Part shown: one piece after another, positions 1 to 12,290 of the stretch
How positions within the stretch are numbered: position 1 is the stretch's first letter
How the letters are laid out: every line of letters starts with the position of its first letter
NCBI GenBank assembly: GCA_002189035.1
Contig: NEEC01000027.1
Location: 124,001-188,000 of the forward strand
Length of the DNA stretch: 64,000 bases
Reading direction: 5' to 3'
Source: Utricularia gibba
Taxonomy: Eukaryota > Plantae > Magnoliophyta
Notes under the pieces: model-generated
Told to the model about the DNA's origin: nothing
The model's input: only the letters and a program-made list of their open reading frames with translations
Database searches by the model: none
Translations under genes and position numbers: made by a program

Positions 1-711
1 AATGGAAAGGGGCCAACACGGTCACGTGGGCGGATCACAACATGGCTGTCTAGCATGTACCTCTGAAACGCAAGCAATGTAGCGAGGTTCACATTTTCTT
101 TCAGTTCCTGCACACACACAGGGTGTGTGTACCAGAAGGGCGAGTCTTGGAAGACAAGATCGGAGGGTCATGATGGTTCCTGGAATGAATGCCAACCTCC
201 CAAATGACGATCTGTTATGTATCAGTGATGGTATGAATTTATTAGCTTCAGCATTCAACGTGAGCAGCGACGGCCCACGCCTGAGCTGACCCTCCCTCAT
301 TCAGGCTCCTAATTCAGTTTACTGCCCAATGGTGCTTCTGTTGCACATCAACATCCACGGCTGTCGCTGTGGATGGCATGTGATCGACGGCCCGCAGGGC
401 AGGGGAGGGCCCCAGAGCCCATGTGCTCTTGGTCTTATTCTTCATTTAAATCATGGTCCCTTTCTTCCCAAGGGACTGCATAAACCACCCACCCCACACA
501 GTCTCATCCAAAATGTTGGTAATTAGACGAGGGAAATGCACAAGGCAAGTAAGGTTCGGTACATACAAGATGGGTAGGAATGGTGGACGATCTCTCTCCC
601 TCCCACCTTGGGCATGTATGCGCTTACTAGCTACTCAACTCCAGGTAAAAGATACAGTAAGTAGGTACAACAAAGCAACGCCCATAGATGATGCTCAAGA
701 GCTCCATGAGT

Positions 712-1553
712 TCAGGCAATGTCGACCTGGCCCTGGACGGCAAGGCGCTCGGATACATCAGCCAGAGACTTGAGGTTGCAGTTGATCAATGCCTCAACAA
801 AGTAACACGTTTCGTCCCTCGTGTTTCCTTCAGGCACATCTACAACAAATGACTCGATCACCATCGTTCCCGGCCTCCCATCGATTACCTCTGGATGAGC
901 AGTGATGACCGAGGAGTAGTTCTGAAATAAATACAAGTAAACGAGGGCCGAGAGTTATAGGGCAGTCTCCGCGTATAACTCTACACAGAAGCAAATCACA
1001 GCGTACGGGTGTGACAACTTCCACCGATCAAGCATATCATTTTTAAAGCCAAAAAAAAATCAGATTTTTAACTGAGAGGGTACTAGAAATTAAGACATCC
1101 AGTCAATACCTTGAGGCGATGATCCCCACCAACGATCCTCATGCTGAAGATGTGCTCCTCATCGTCCAAGAGCTCCAGTCTTTCGTGACTGATGGTTGCG
1201 GGAAGCCCTGACTTGACGCTAATCTCTCTAACAGTTCCAATCTTCAAATCTCCTTTCATAGTACACCGACTCACAAACGGCTTGTACCTCTGCGGCTGAT
1301 CGAATCTGCGAACCAAGGACCATACCTAAATGGAAGCGACAAGGACAGCATCAAAACCTAGAATTCAAAGCGGAATCGGGCCAGAAAAAAACCCCAATTT
1401 CACGGGAATCAAAAAGGGGCTCACGATGGGCAGAGGGGCCTTGATGTGCTTGACCAGCGAAGAGGAGCACTGGTTGTCTCCGACATCATGCCTATGGTGC
1501 CTCTTGATAAAATCGGACTCCGGTGCGCCGATGCGGCTCATCTGGCAGTGCAT
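712..1553 (-). CDS. PYL: PYR/PYL/RCAR abscisic acid receptor (PYL8/9-type, 3 exons)
   Basis: Exons 1553-1425, 1325-1110 and 921-712 with GT-AG boundaries. Gate SGLPA and latch HRL are intact, plus [26 protein letters not shown]. Start ATG is 1553 or 1541. Confidence 0.93.
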
Positions 1554-2000
1554 TTTTCCAAGTAGATGAGCCAATTTTTCCGGCGATCGAGACGAGTGGG
1601 GAAGGGAAAGGAAGAGCAGAGAAGAGTGATGGAGAATCCAAGTTGGAATGCGGCTGACCGACCGCCAATCCACAACCAAATATATTCCTTTTCTTTTTAC
1701 TAAAAAATTAATAATAATAAGAATAATAATACATTTGTTCTGAAATAAAAGAAGGTACCGTTTTGGAAATGGTGCTAAAAAAGAAATAAAAAAGAAGTGG
1801 GGAAGCAGAGAAAACATTTGATGAAATATTCCCCACGCCAAAGAGATGAAAATATTCAGAAACAGAAATTAAAAACAAAAAAGACTTGAGGCCTTTTTTG
1901 GTATGATGACGAGCAGCATGTGCCTGAAAACGCCATTCTCAAAACCTGACAAAAACGTGTTTTTTTTTTTTTTGTTGTACCTGGAAGGCTGGAACTAGGA

Positions 2001-2020
2001 GGCCCAACGAGTATTGGGCC
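2001..2020. promoter_or_regulatory. Two site II (TGGGCY) elements upstream of KGD4
   Basis: GGCCCA at 2001-2006 and TGGGCC at 2015-2020, about 80-100 bp upstream of the ATG of a mitochondrial protein gene. Confidence 0.55.
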
Positions 2021-2099
2021 TGCATCCATCTCCAAGAAACGGTGGGAGTGTTAGCAATTGCGATTGCGATTGCGATTGCCGGAGAGGAAGAAGGGCGCC

Positions 2100-2924
2100 A
2101 TGAAGCGAATCCCTCGCATCAAATTCCCGCAAAGGCACCCCAAGCCTTCTTCTGGTATCACCTAATTCCTGACTTGATTTGCGTGTTGATTTTCAGAGGG
2201 AGCTGGTTTCCTTCCTCTTTCAGCCTTTTGTGGGGGCGGAATTCTGGTGTTCATGTGTTTGGGTGGATTTGTGTTAAAGGAAGATCCTATGTGCCTACCC
2301 TTCAAGGCAGGAAAATATGACCGTTGTTCATGTATTTAAACACTGTGACAGTGTACAGAAGCTCTCTCTGGATGAATGAAAAATTCTTCTCCTTCGTCCT
2401 CCGTCTCTGCTTCTTTATTGCTCCGCATACGTGCAGATTGCTTTCATAACAAGCACTCACTATTCTTAGGATACGCACACCACATAGAATCAGGATTGCT
2501 TTTCCCCCTGGATTCCTCTTGTTGTTGGGGGCGTGGGAATCCCAGTCTTCGCTTCTCTGAATACATGTTGTTTTTGCGCTGATTACCTCCAATCCATGTT
2601 GTATTCAGGCGTAAAAAGCCAGACTGAAGCGGTAACAACGGAGGAAAAGAATGACGATCTTCTTGGAATGTTCTTTTCAAGAGTTCCATCCAACTTATCA
2701 GTAGGAGGGAAAGCTTCTGATCAACCAAAAAGGACTCCAGTTACTCAAGACGAGATCGACGCTGTCATGGTAAGTCAGATGATCCTGGTTCATGTTACCC
2801 TTCATCTCTCGAGCTTCTTCAAAACATCCCAAATGGGCATTAGAAATTCACAGCTGCCCTTTTACCATTTAAGTTGATCCTCGCAATGCGTCTTCTTCTT
2901 TTGCAGTTGGGGGGCTGTATGTGA
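2100..2924 (+). CDS. KGD4: KGD4/MRPS36-family small mitochondrial protein (2-oxoglutarate dehydrogenase adaptor), about 77 aa, 3 exons
   Basis: Exons 2100-2154, 2609-2769 and 2907-2924 splice in phase: MKRIPRIKFPQRHPKPSSG...SVGGKASDQPKRTPVTQDEIDAVMLGGCM*. The IKFP N-terminal motif and EI..v.LGG C-terminal motif match the family. Confidence 0.8.
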
Positions 2925-3160
2925 TCTCCCACCTGGAACCGCTAAAAGCAAGCGACGCTGCCCACCTGTTAAGACTTCTGCATAATCTCTTTCCGTCAAT
3001 GTTGGAGAAATTTGAGAATCTGGTGATTGTGTCAGCATCAAGCTCAAGACACACACAGTGAACTCTTTTGCGCTTTTGTTACTCGAATGACAGGATAATT
3101 TTATTTCATATGGGAGATGAGCAAGTCCCTTCAGAACCGGGTAAAAAAAAATGGAATGTT

Positions 3161-6100
3161 TCAATGTATCCGACTCAAACCCAAAGACGCGGGCACATGT
3201 GCCCCCGACACCACATCAGAATTAACCAACGCACCGAGGTCAGCAGTAGCTACCGACTTCACTTCCTTGTTTTCACTGCATTCACGAGGGTACGAGGCAC
3301 AAATGATGGCTTCAGAGCTTGCAATAGATGAAGGCTGCATCTCGGAGTTGATCTTCTTTGGGAGTTCTGAGTCGATTTCTGCTGAGGAGGGCACTACAAG
3401 TTCTTTGGTTGTTGGTGCAACATCAGCAGCGCGCCCATCAGTTGTGTGCCGAGTAGGAGTTACTAGGTGCCCCGGCAAGCAGCTCCTTGGATGTAACTCC
3501 GACGGGCTATCTGGCAGCCCATCTTCCTGTGATTCATGAGCGGTGTTGACTAGGCACACTTCCTCAGAACTAACGTGGCTGCCGTACAGGTAAGACTTTG
3601 GGTCACACTCCATCAGTTTGAGTCTTCCAGCATCATGAGGCTGCACGGTTTGCTTTTGCTTTCGGTAGAGGGAAATACAGCTCTGCGGATAAAAGACTGT
3701 CAGTAGAAGATCCATGATGCAGCCTCAGAAATTAAAAGAGAAAAAAAAACACACTCAAAATATCCCGTATTTCTCAGACCACAGCAACTCATAGTGTCTT
3801 TATATAACATTCACTTTCAACCCGCATGGCACACCCTTTCACGTCAAACACATACCCCCCTACACGAAGAATGGGCTCACTAAGATCAACACTTTGACAA
3901 ACAAAAGAGCGGCATAAGTGATACCTGGAAAAGAGCATCATCGATAAATGGTAGAATTCCGCTACTTGATGAGGTAATGGCTAAAGATTTCGCCTCTAAA
4001 TCCTGCAACCAGTTGTAAGAACAAGAGTTGATTTTACTCTGGCGGCATGGAGGTGAATGATGGTTTAAGACGTTACCCCACATAAAGAATTTTAGAATCA
4101 TCCACGTTAGAGATTATGGCTTGATCCATGCTAAGCATGTCCGTGAACTTGGAAACTAGTTCAGGTTCAGCAAGATCTACAGACACATCAAGTCTGCTGA
4201 GGTAGCAAACGGTGAAGCACACAGGATCCGTGATTTCATTTTCAGTAGAACCATCATTATCCACCACACTCTTAAGAGGAACTGCAGCATTATTCTTTTC
4301 GGTTATTTTGACTGAGAGATGAATCTCAGTGCTATCTGCCTGCGGATCCAAGAAAGTTCGATCACTACGATTTGGTAGAATGGACTGACTGCCTTCATCC
4401 CCTCCATGTGAGAAGATGCTCTCTTTTCCAACAGACGGGGAGTTCAAGCTTTTATCATTATTCGCCCCTTTCCATATATCATCAGTGTACTCCCCCAGAC
4501 ATGCCCCATGGCCATGTTCCAGGATTGACCCCGATCTGGCCTCCCATAAATGCGAGGCTCATCACCAAATACAGCACCGCTGCCATCCCAGGTCTGAATA
4601 GGCGGGCAAGCATCATCTACTTGACTCTGCCATCCCATTGGGCGCATCTGATGAGAGGAGTGCAGGTTTAAATCCATTGATGGTCGAACACCGAACATAG
4701 GTGGAGTAGGAAATGGCTGCAGGACTGGGTGAAAACCAACAGAAGGTGGAGGATGTGGGAAAGGCAATAAACCATTAGGAGTGGGAGAAGGCCAGCTTGG
4801 AACCCCTCGCCAAATACTTCCTTGAATCCTTCCCATATTATGATCTCCAATCCTCCTATGATGATTATGAGGCTTGCTTCTGCCATCATCTTCCGCTGAA
4901 CTCATCGGTAAAGGACTATCCACACCCTTAAATGGGGGAGGTGGTGGCAGCGACCTTAAACTGCTAGATAAGTTATTGTTTTTCGTAGACGGTGAAGAAG
5001 CTAACAATGCATCATCACCAGCTCGTGCATCTTCCTCTACAGGTGAAGCATCAAACCCAACTCTTTGCTCCCCCCTCTCCCTTCCGATCTCGAGAACCAC
5101 CAGTCCTCTGCAACAAGGCATTCAATATTAGAACTACAATAAGAAGAACAGATATCGTGATGGCCTCTGGTTGCATAGTTTAATGGGCTTTTACCTACCT
5201 TCAATGGTGATGAATGAATATCAGACTTGATATGCTTTTCAGCTGACAACTCCAGAAGTTGGCTACACTCATTAAGAGCACGCTTCTCCAGCGATCGAGA
5301 GGCAGTTTTCTCAGATCTCTCCAAACTACTAGCATGTTCTATAGACCTCTCGTCAATATTACAGTCTTTATACTTGGATTCACCCTGCTTCAGGGATCTG
5401 AAACATGTGCAATATTCATGAGAAATCCAGTGCATTAACTGTAATGTTAATTTGTCTCACCCCGAAAAACAAGACATTAAATGCCATGTAAATCAAACAT
5501 CCATCAAGTTAGAATAAAAGTGAACAACATACTACGTTGCACAGGCTAAGAGATCTAGGAACACCAAATTTTGGTGGATACAGTTACCTGTGGTTATCTT
5601 TAAGCCCACACGAGCTTGAAGATGGTGAATGTCTCCTTTTACTATGGCTAGTCTGTCCCGAATGAGCACTTCTTGAAGTAGACCTCATTTTATCGGAAGC
5701 AGGATCCAGCTTTCTGCTTCTCTTTCCAGAATCAGGTCTTTGATCCAGTGTGCTTTGAGGTTTAATCTCAACGCAATCTTCTTTTTCATTTTTTCTTTTC
5801 CTGCTTTGATTGTCTTTGCACCTGACTGTTCGATAATCATGGTTTGGACTCTCATCATAAGCACTCAGCTTGCTAGCATGACCATCAGCAAAATAAACAT
5901 CATCACTGGAACGTTTGGTGTTAGATCTATCACTGGATCGGTCCCAAAAATCATGATCATACTTGGTTTCTCTATTCCTCTTTCCTCGATCAGTCTCATC
6001 CCTTGTATTCGTATTATGTTGAATATCCCTTTCAGCATCATCTCTATACTTACTGTCTTTGTGCCTATACTCTCTCTCACCATCATCTCTGTGACAATCA

Positions 6101-7417
6101 CTCCTGTGCTTATCATCACGGCCTCCATCTTTGACATACCTGCCATTCCCTTGTCTAGTATCCTTATCACCATCCTCATGATACCGGTCATCTTTGCACC
6201 TGCTATTTCTAACAGTGGCCTCGTGACACTTGCCATCTCTTCTGCCTTCCATGCTTTCTTGACACATGTCATCTTTTCTCTTGGGTTCACTATCCCAGGA
6301 TGCTTCACATCCCTAGGATGACCAGATTTTGTACGTCTATGCCTCTCATCACCTTCTTTGAAATCATCAGAAAGCTTTTCCCTTTCACTAGAACCCTCCC
6401 TTTTTCTACAATCCCTTTTCTCATACTCCTCAGGTACAGCAGACTGCAGCAAATCTTTTGACTTTTTTTCTAGACAGAGAAATTAGCATTGTTATTAGCC
6501 CATTGCAGGGTGCATAACTTTGGCAGAAAAGGCACAACATCATTTTTTTCCCCATGATATATATACAAAAAAAGAAAAAATTGAGGAACCAAACTCAGGC
6601 TTAACTGTCAAAAGAAACAGAAAACTTGGAGAGGTATTTTCAGATCGTGTTATAACAATGAACAAGGTTACCTTACCAGAACTATCTCGAGGGGGTTTAG
6701 ACTGTCTGTCCTCAACTGATGTACCAGCTTGATTCTTCCCAGAATCCCAATCCACTACCTTGACATCACCATCACCGCTTTTGCTCCCATGAGCACCATT
6801 TCTCTCTTTGTTAGATCTGCGATTTTTGCCCTCGGAATCCCTGGCATCCTTAGAGGCAGAAGAATCTTGATCAGACTTTCGTTTAGACACAGATCCACTC
6901 CTCTCCTCTTTCTTAACCACTACTGCAGCTGAGCTATCTTCCATTCTGTAACTTGTGTCTCCCCGCTCATGATGTTTACTCTTGTTTTTACGCTCAAGTT
7001 TCAAGCTTTCACCCTACTGCTCTTATCTTTGTGTTTCAAATCGATGATCATGCCCTTCCCTTCATCCAACTGTTTTTCAAATGAACTATCACTAGTATCT
7101 TTCCCATCTCCACCACCATTCCATCGATCACGATCACCAAAATCATCTTCTTTCCCTTTCCTGCGTTTGGATGAGACGTACTCCTCCGATACTTCACCAT
7201 TTACATGAACACTTGACTCCTTCCTTTCCCTACTTTCTTTTATCAGCGAAGAAGTTTTTCGCTTTTCACCAGACGCGGAGTCGCCATGAGCCCTATTGGA
7301 GCTGTCGTCTTTACTAGTTCGCTCCTTGATCTTTTTCGCACCATTTTCTGAATCGGAATGCTCTTTCGAACTATGCTTGCGTTGTTTGTGCGATTTGTGC
7401 CTAGAACTTCTTGGCAT
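3161..7417 (-). CDS. HIZ2: At5g53440/HIZ2 (FLACC/ZC3H13-like) charged protein; reading frame broken by apparent 1-bp deletions
   Basis: Starts MPRSSRHKSHKQ; has an RD/KE-rich region, WRGVPSWPSP.NG, FGVRPSM and YLSRLDVSVDLAEPEL, and ends LSRIH*. Frame switches at C-runs 7012-7014, 6294-6296 and 4492-4496, with an unresolved junction near 5.0-5.2 kb. Confidence 0.8.
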
Positions 7418-8659
7418 ATCGAATGAAGTGAAGCCGTTTACCAGCTATTTAACCAATCCACGCGCTCAGAAGCACTTCCATGAAGGAGGCTACTTGAAGA
7501 ACTAATCCAAAATTCCACCGGGAAACAAAACGAAACTGAAAGCAAAACCCTTAAGAAAACATCTTCTATGTCGAACTCCCAAATTCTGCAACTTCCAATC
7601 CAAGAAAGAAAGCTAAAAATGGCTCGTGGCAACCTGCTTCACTTGTAACACTTCGGACCCCTCAATGGATCATCTGCGGCAGAACAAAAAGATAGTGCCA
7701 TAACACAATTTGCGCGGGAACCACCACCAGCCACCCACCCACCCCAAGAAAAAAAGGAAGAAAAAGGTAGGGAACTTTACAGGGAGAGCGATTGAGGCGC
7801 GGATGTGTACCTGCCTGCGCTTCTGCCCCAACTGACTAGGGATGCCTGCCTGCCATTGATTCCAACGGAAAATTGGGGATTCATAAATCTCCAAAGTACC
7901 CTTCCCTATACTTTAGGGGTAGAACAGAACCTCAAGCCCAAGGTACTTTGCATCATCTGTTTTTGTGCTCAAAATTGAAAAACACCAAAGTGGAGGAAGT
8001 TTCCACTTTATAAAAGAAGCAAAAAAGTATGTATCTTTTAAAAGATTGCACCCAAAACTCCTCCAGATTTGAGTTAGGTGCCAGATTTTTTTGGCTAACA
8101 AATGAAGGGGCAAATATGTCAATAGATAGAAAAGACCACCCTGTCAAGTAACCCGCTTCCTTCGTTTCTTCTCTCGGCTGCTGATCCGCCTTCGTATGCG
8201 AAAACCAAGGTACAAAGTTTTTATCTTTCTTGGTCGAAGGTGGCGATTCTTGGGTTTTTATGGCCAGTTATTTGTGTGGCTCCTATTCTTTTTTAGCTCA
8301 AACGTGAAAACAGAGGCATCGTGAATACGAGGTTTCTGAATTTGACCTCGGATTCAACTGTAGTAGAACTTTGTGCAGGGTTCAAGTTTTTTTCTTTTAT
8401 TTTTGTATCAGGGTTTGGATTAAAGTTGGTTTTTTTAATCCAGAGGTGGGTTTAATCTACTCTCTGCAGTCATGCTGCTTATGTATTTTTTGAACTTTTT
8501 AGGATGATTTGTTATGAACGGAAAGGTAAAGTTATTTCATCGTATAATAACCCTATGAAGGTTTTCTAGCTTGCAGTTCATCTTATATCTGGAGGATTTG
8601 CTACTTCTGATGAATTGAACCCTTTCTGCCAAAGGAGTTTGTGAATTTGTGCCTCATTC

Positions 8660-9691
8660 ATGATGAAATTGTTTAGTTTAAAGGACGCCCTTGGAAGGCT
8701 GGCCAGGAAAAGGTATATTTCTATGACGTTGTTTCTTTGGACTCCGTTTTGATCTTCCCAGTACGGCGATGAATCGTCACTGTGGAACAAGCTCATTAGG
8801 TGTTGATCTGTTGCTCGGAAATCACAGGTTGTGCTCAGTGCTGTAGAGGTTGAGTCTCTCCGATCAGAGATTGCTGATCTAGAGGAACGGGAATCACACT
8901 ATAAAGCTCGGTAAGCAGCAGCTTTCCTTCCCCATATCCTTACCATGTTCCATTCTGATGCAATCAATATCATTAGGTGTTAAACATCCTATTGTTGGTC
9001 AACAGATTGGAGCATGTTGATGAAATATTGAAATCTTCTCGCTTGTCGGGCTATCTTTTGTTACGAAGGGTATGCTCCCATTTTCATTAATGCCATGCTT
9101 TCACGGTTTTTGCTCTGATCTTCCTCTCTCTTGATGCAATGTCTCCTTCCAAATTATCCTCAGAGATGGGCAGCTTTGCCTGGGGAAACTCCTCCTATTG
9201 ATGATGCTGAAGTGAACGATTGGGCTCCACGCTTTGTTGTCATTCAAGGATCATGTATATATCTCTATGTCCTGGCCACAGGTACCCGATTCTTCTGCCA
9301 AATATTATTGTAGCCATTCTGTGATCACAAAAAGCTGTATTGAGCGCTTTAAAACGTTTTGAATCACCCGGCAGATCTGTGCCCCCAAGACTCCACCTTT
9401 ATATCTGATGTTGTTGAAGTTGGCTCTCTCCCCTGCCTCAAGCAAGAAGACAGTGAAACACGATACTGCTTCTACATCTTAACACGTACGGGGCTGAGAT
9501 ACGAGTGCTCCAGCACCTCCAGAATACAGGTAAATTGTCAAAGCCACCATACATCAGTGCCAGTGAGTTGTTGGAAATCCGAAAGCAACTTTGAATTGTG
9601 TTCCTTTTTCCAGATCGAGTCGTGGCTGGCTGCCTTGCAGATCGACTGTAAGCTGCGGCAAGGCTCCGGAGATCCCAGCTCGCCGGAGTAG
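8660..9691 (+). CDS. Conserved plant PH-like domain protein (start codon uncertain)
   Basis: Spliced exons VVLSAVEVESLRSEIADLEERE / LEHVDEILKSSRLSGYL / RWAALPGETPPIDD..DWAPRFVVIQGSCIYLY / DLCPQDST...RYECSSTSRIQ / IESWLAALQ. The first exon (8660-8712) is not in phase with the next one as read. Confidence 0.75.
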
Positions 9692-11927
9692 GCTCAGGCG
9701 TTGTTTGCACATACACATGCAGAGCACGTATGTTGATGGCAGTGTCACCGAGTCGAGTCTGGATTGTATATTGTGTATTCCTAGTAAAGCAAAAGGGTGA
9801 GGGTAAAACTGATAGAAAACCACAGGGACGCACGCCATGTACTCAGATAATATCCATTTAAATGCAAAAATTGAACCTGACTGTTGATGATTCAGGGAAA
9901 ACAATTTTCCTTGCTTCTGAGCTGGCAACTGAAATAGTAAGGGGAGGTGAGGCATCGTCTATCCGTCTGTGCTCTTACAAAGTGGATCGATTCTTAAGAG
10001 CAGCATCAGCAGAGACACTAAGCAACCCTCCAGTGCCAGTGGCCATTCTCCCACTTCATCTGATGCTCATCCTCTCTAATTCAAAGTACAACCATCTGCT
10101 GGTCACTTACAAGGTGACCGACCCGATGGGTTGAACCGGATACTGTACCCGAATTATGACAGAGATGAACCGTGCGGGAGACAGTAAGAAAGTAGCGAAT
10201 CAGCGGAAAGAGACCCATACATATCCTCAATCCTGACTTGAGAACCGAATCCTATCCGCATTCATCCACGTGGCGATACGCCATTCGTTTCCAAGAAATC
10301 TTCTCACTCCCAAGATCACCACAAATAACCTCCTTCCCCTGGGACTCCGAATCAAAAGCGATAGCGGCAGCAGCATTATCGAAATCCCTTGCCTACAATG
10401 GCTTCTTCGTCAATAACCGTTGCCGCTGTTGCTTCTACGGTCGTAGCTTCTTCCGCCACCAGACCCTCACTCTCCTCAGGTAAACTTGCACGATTACAAA
10501 TATATGCCACCGCATTCCCATCATGCTCTTCCAATTCACATCCAGTTCATCCCCCCCAATTCTAGGGTTCCTGAAATCCCGAGTGGCGCCACGGAACTCG
10601 CTCAAATTGGCAAGAGCCTCAGGCGGGAGATTCACGTGGTAGAATAATCGTCTCCCTTCTCCAATCAAATATTTGTTGTCAGATATTTACAAGAATATGT
10701 TGTTATGCCGAAGCAGCTTCGAGAGAGATTGGCTTCGCACGGACCTGAACGTCATTGGGTTCGGGCTGATCGGTTGGCTTGCCCCTCCAGCGTCCCGGCG
10801 ATCAACGGCGATAGCTTGACCGGCCTTTTCCTCTCCAGCATTGGCACCGAACTCGCCCACTTCCCCACCCCGCCGGCGCTCACTTCCCAGTTCTGGTAGC
10901 ACTCACTCACACCTCACCCTTCCATGACAAACATATGAAAACTTTGATCTTGGCTTAAGTTTGGGTCTGTTGAAACTAATCTTGTGGCGCGGATTGCAGG
11001 CTGTGGCTTACCCTGTGGCATTTGGGGCTGTTCCTTACACTCACCTTCGGGCAGATCGGGTTCAAGGGAAGGACCGAGGAGTACTTCTAAGCTTCGTCCT
11101 ATGTATGCCTCTGGGTTTCCACCCAGTTCATCAAGTTGTAATGATTGATGTATCTGAATGAAAAAATGTATAAATTTCGGAGAAATTGTGAGGGAAAAAG
11201 AATTTCCAAATCATGGTAAACGTAAGAGTAAAGTCTGGAATGTGCATTTGTTTTTTTATTTTTGATCACTGTCCTGGAATAAGCATGGATAAAATCATTC
11301 CCGCTGGCGTTCTTTTGCAACCTCTCTAGGACTGCTGTTTTTTTTTTTTAATGAGTGCGAGTGATTTTGTGGCACATGGAATCAAAAGAAGCGTGCCATT
11401 GAGCTGGGTTCTGGTGGATTTATCGAGTCTTCTCCCAAAGTTCGAGACAGAAGATGAATCTTGATCGAAAGCAGTGAATGCAGAGCAGAGCTGAAAATCT
11501 GTTTCCATGGACAGAAGCTACAGAAGCAAGGCGTTTTCGATAGAGGGAGACGGTGAAAGAAGCACCATACAACAACGATGACACAAAATAATGATGAGCA
11601 TAGCAGAGCTTTGGTTTACCCAATAAATGGCAGCACCAATTTTACCGATTGGCGTCTCACGAACAGGAATTTTCGACCAAGGGCAGGAGGCGTATTATAG
11701 AAGAAGTGGCCACATGAACCGCGACCGATCTGACAGTCACAGTAGATGCTCCGAAAACAATGGTTCATTATTCACTGGAGAGCTCGGAACGAAGGCAATT
11801 TCCCTGCTACTCTCGACGGCTCCACCACTGGCTTCTTCGACTTCCTTTCCAGACTCAGTATTCTATTTCATTTCTAGTTTTTATATTTTACATTTTGGTA
11901 ATTAATAAATAAATAAATAGAACTTGC

Positions 11928-11977
11928 GTCCCACATCGGGAATAAAAGCACTCATCGGCATTTAAAAACTATAAAAA
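11928..11977 (+). promoter_or_regulatory. Plant snRNA promoter: USE plus TATA box
   Basis: GTCCCACATCG at 11928-11938 is a perfect USE. TATAAAAA at 11970-11977 lies about 31 bp downstream, which is Pol II-type spacing. Confidence 0.9.
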
Positions 11978-12002
11978 GCAACAAGGCTCATCCTGGGAGC
12001 CC

Positions 12003-12125
12003 AAGCAGCTGCGAGGTAAGCACAGAGCGAACTATTCTTTCGCCTTTTACTAAAGAATACCGTGTGCTTGCCTCACTACGCAGCATACTCCTATTTTTGG
12101 AGGGTTCCTTGAATACGAGGACCCT
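12003..12125 (+). ncRNA. U5: U5 spliceosomal snRNA
   Basis: Invariant loop 1 GCCTTTTAC (12042-12050) within stem TATTCTTT/AAAGAATA; Sm site ATTTTTG (12093-12099); 3' stem GGGTTCCT...AGGACCC. Upstream USE/TATA and downstream 3' box CA-N5-AGTACAA (12127-12140). Confidence 0.95.
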
Positions 12126-12290
12126 ACAGTTCAAGTACAAACGTTGATTTCTCTTTGTGAATAATTCATACGATAATGTGCTGTTCTCGTGTGATTCAGG
12201 GTTCAACTGAATAAAGGATAACAGTAATTGACTAATCCAGTGGACGAACCGTTCTGTACTTTGTAGTGCTGTCTGACGGTTGTGTCATCC

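Noticed and set aside
5740-6321. 193-aa hydrophobic + strand ORF
   Set aside because: Antisense shadow of the Asp/Arg/Lys-rich HIZ2 exon.
8627-8647. TGCCAAAGGAG resembling the miR399 5' end
   Set aside because: Only 11 nt match, the 3' half diverges, and I saw no hairpin partner.
11590-11733. Possible C/D snoRNA (ATGATGA...CTGA)
   Set aside because: Box spacing is long, there is no terminal stem and no recognisable guide.
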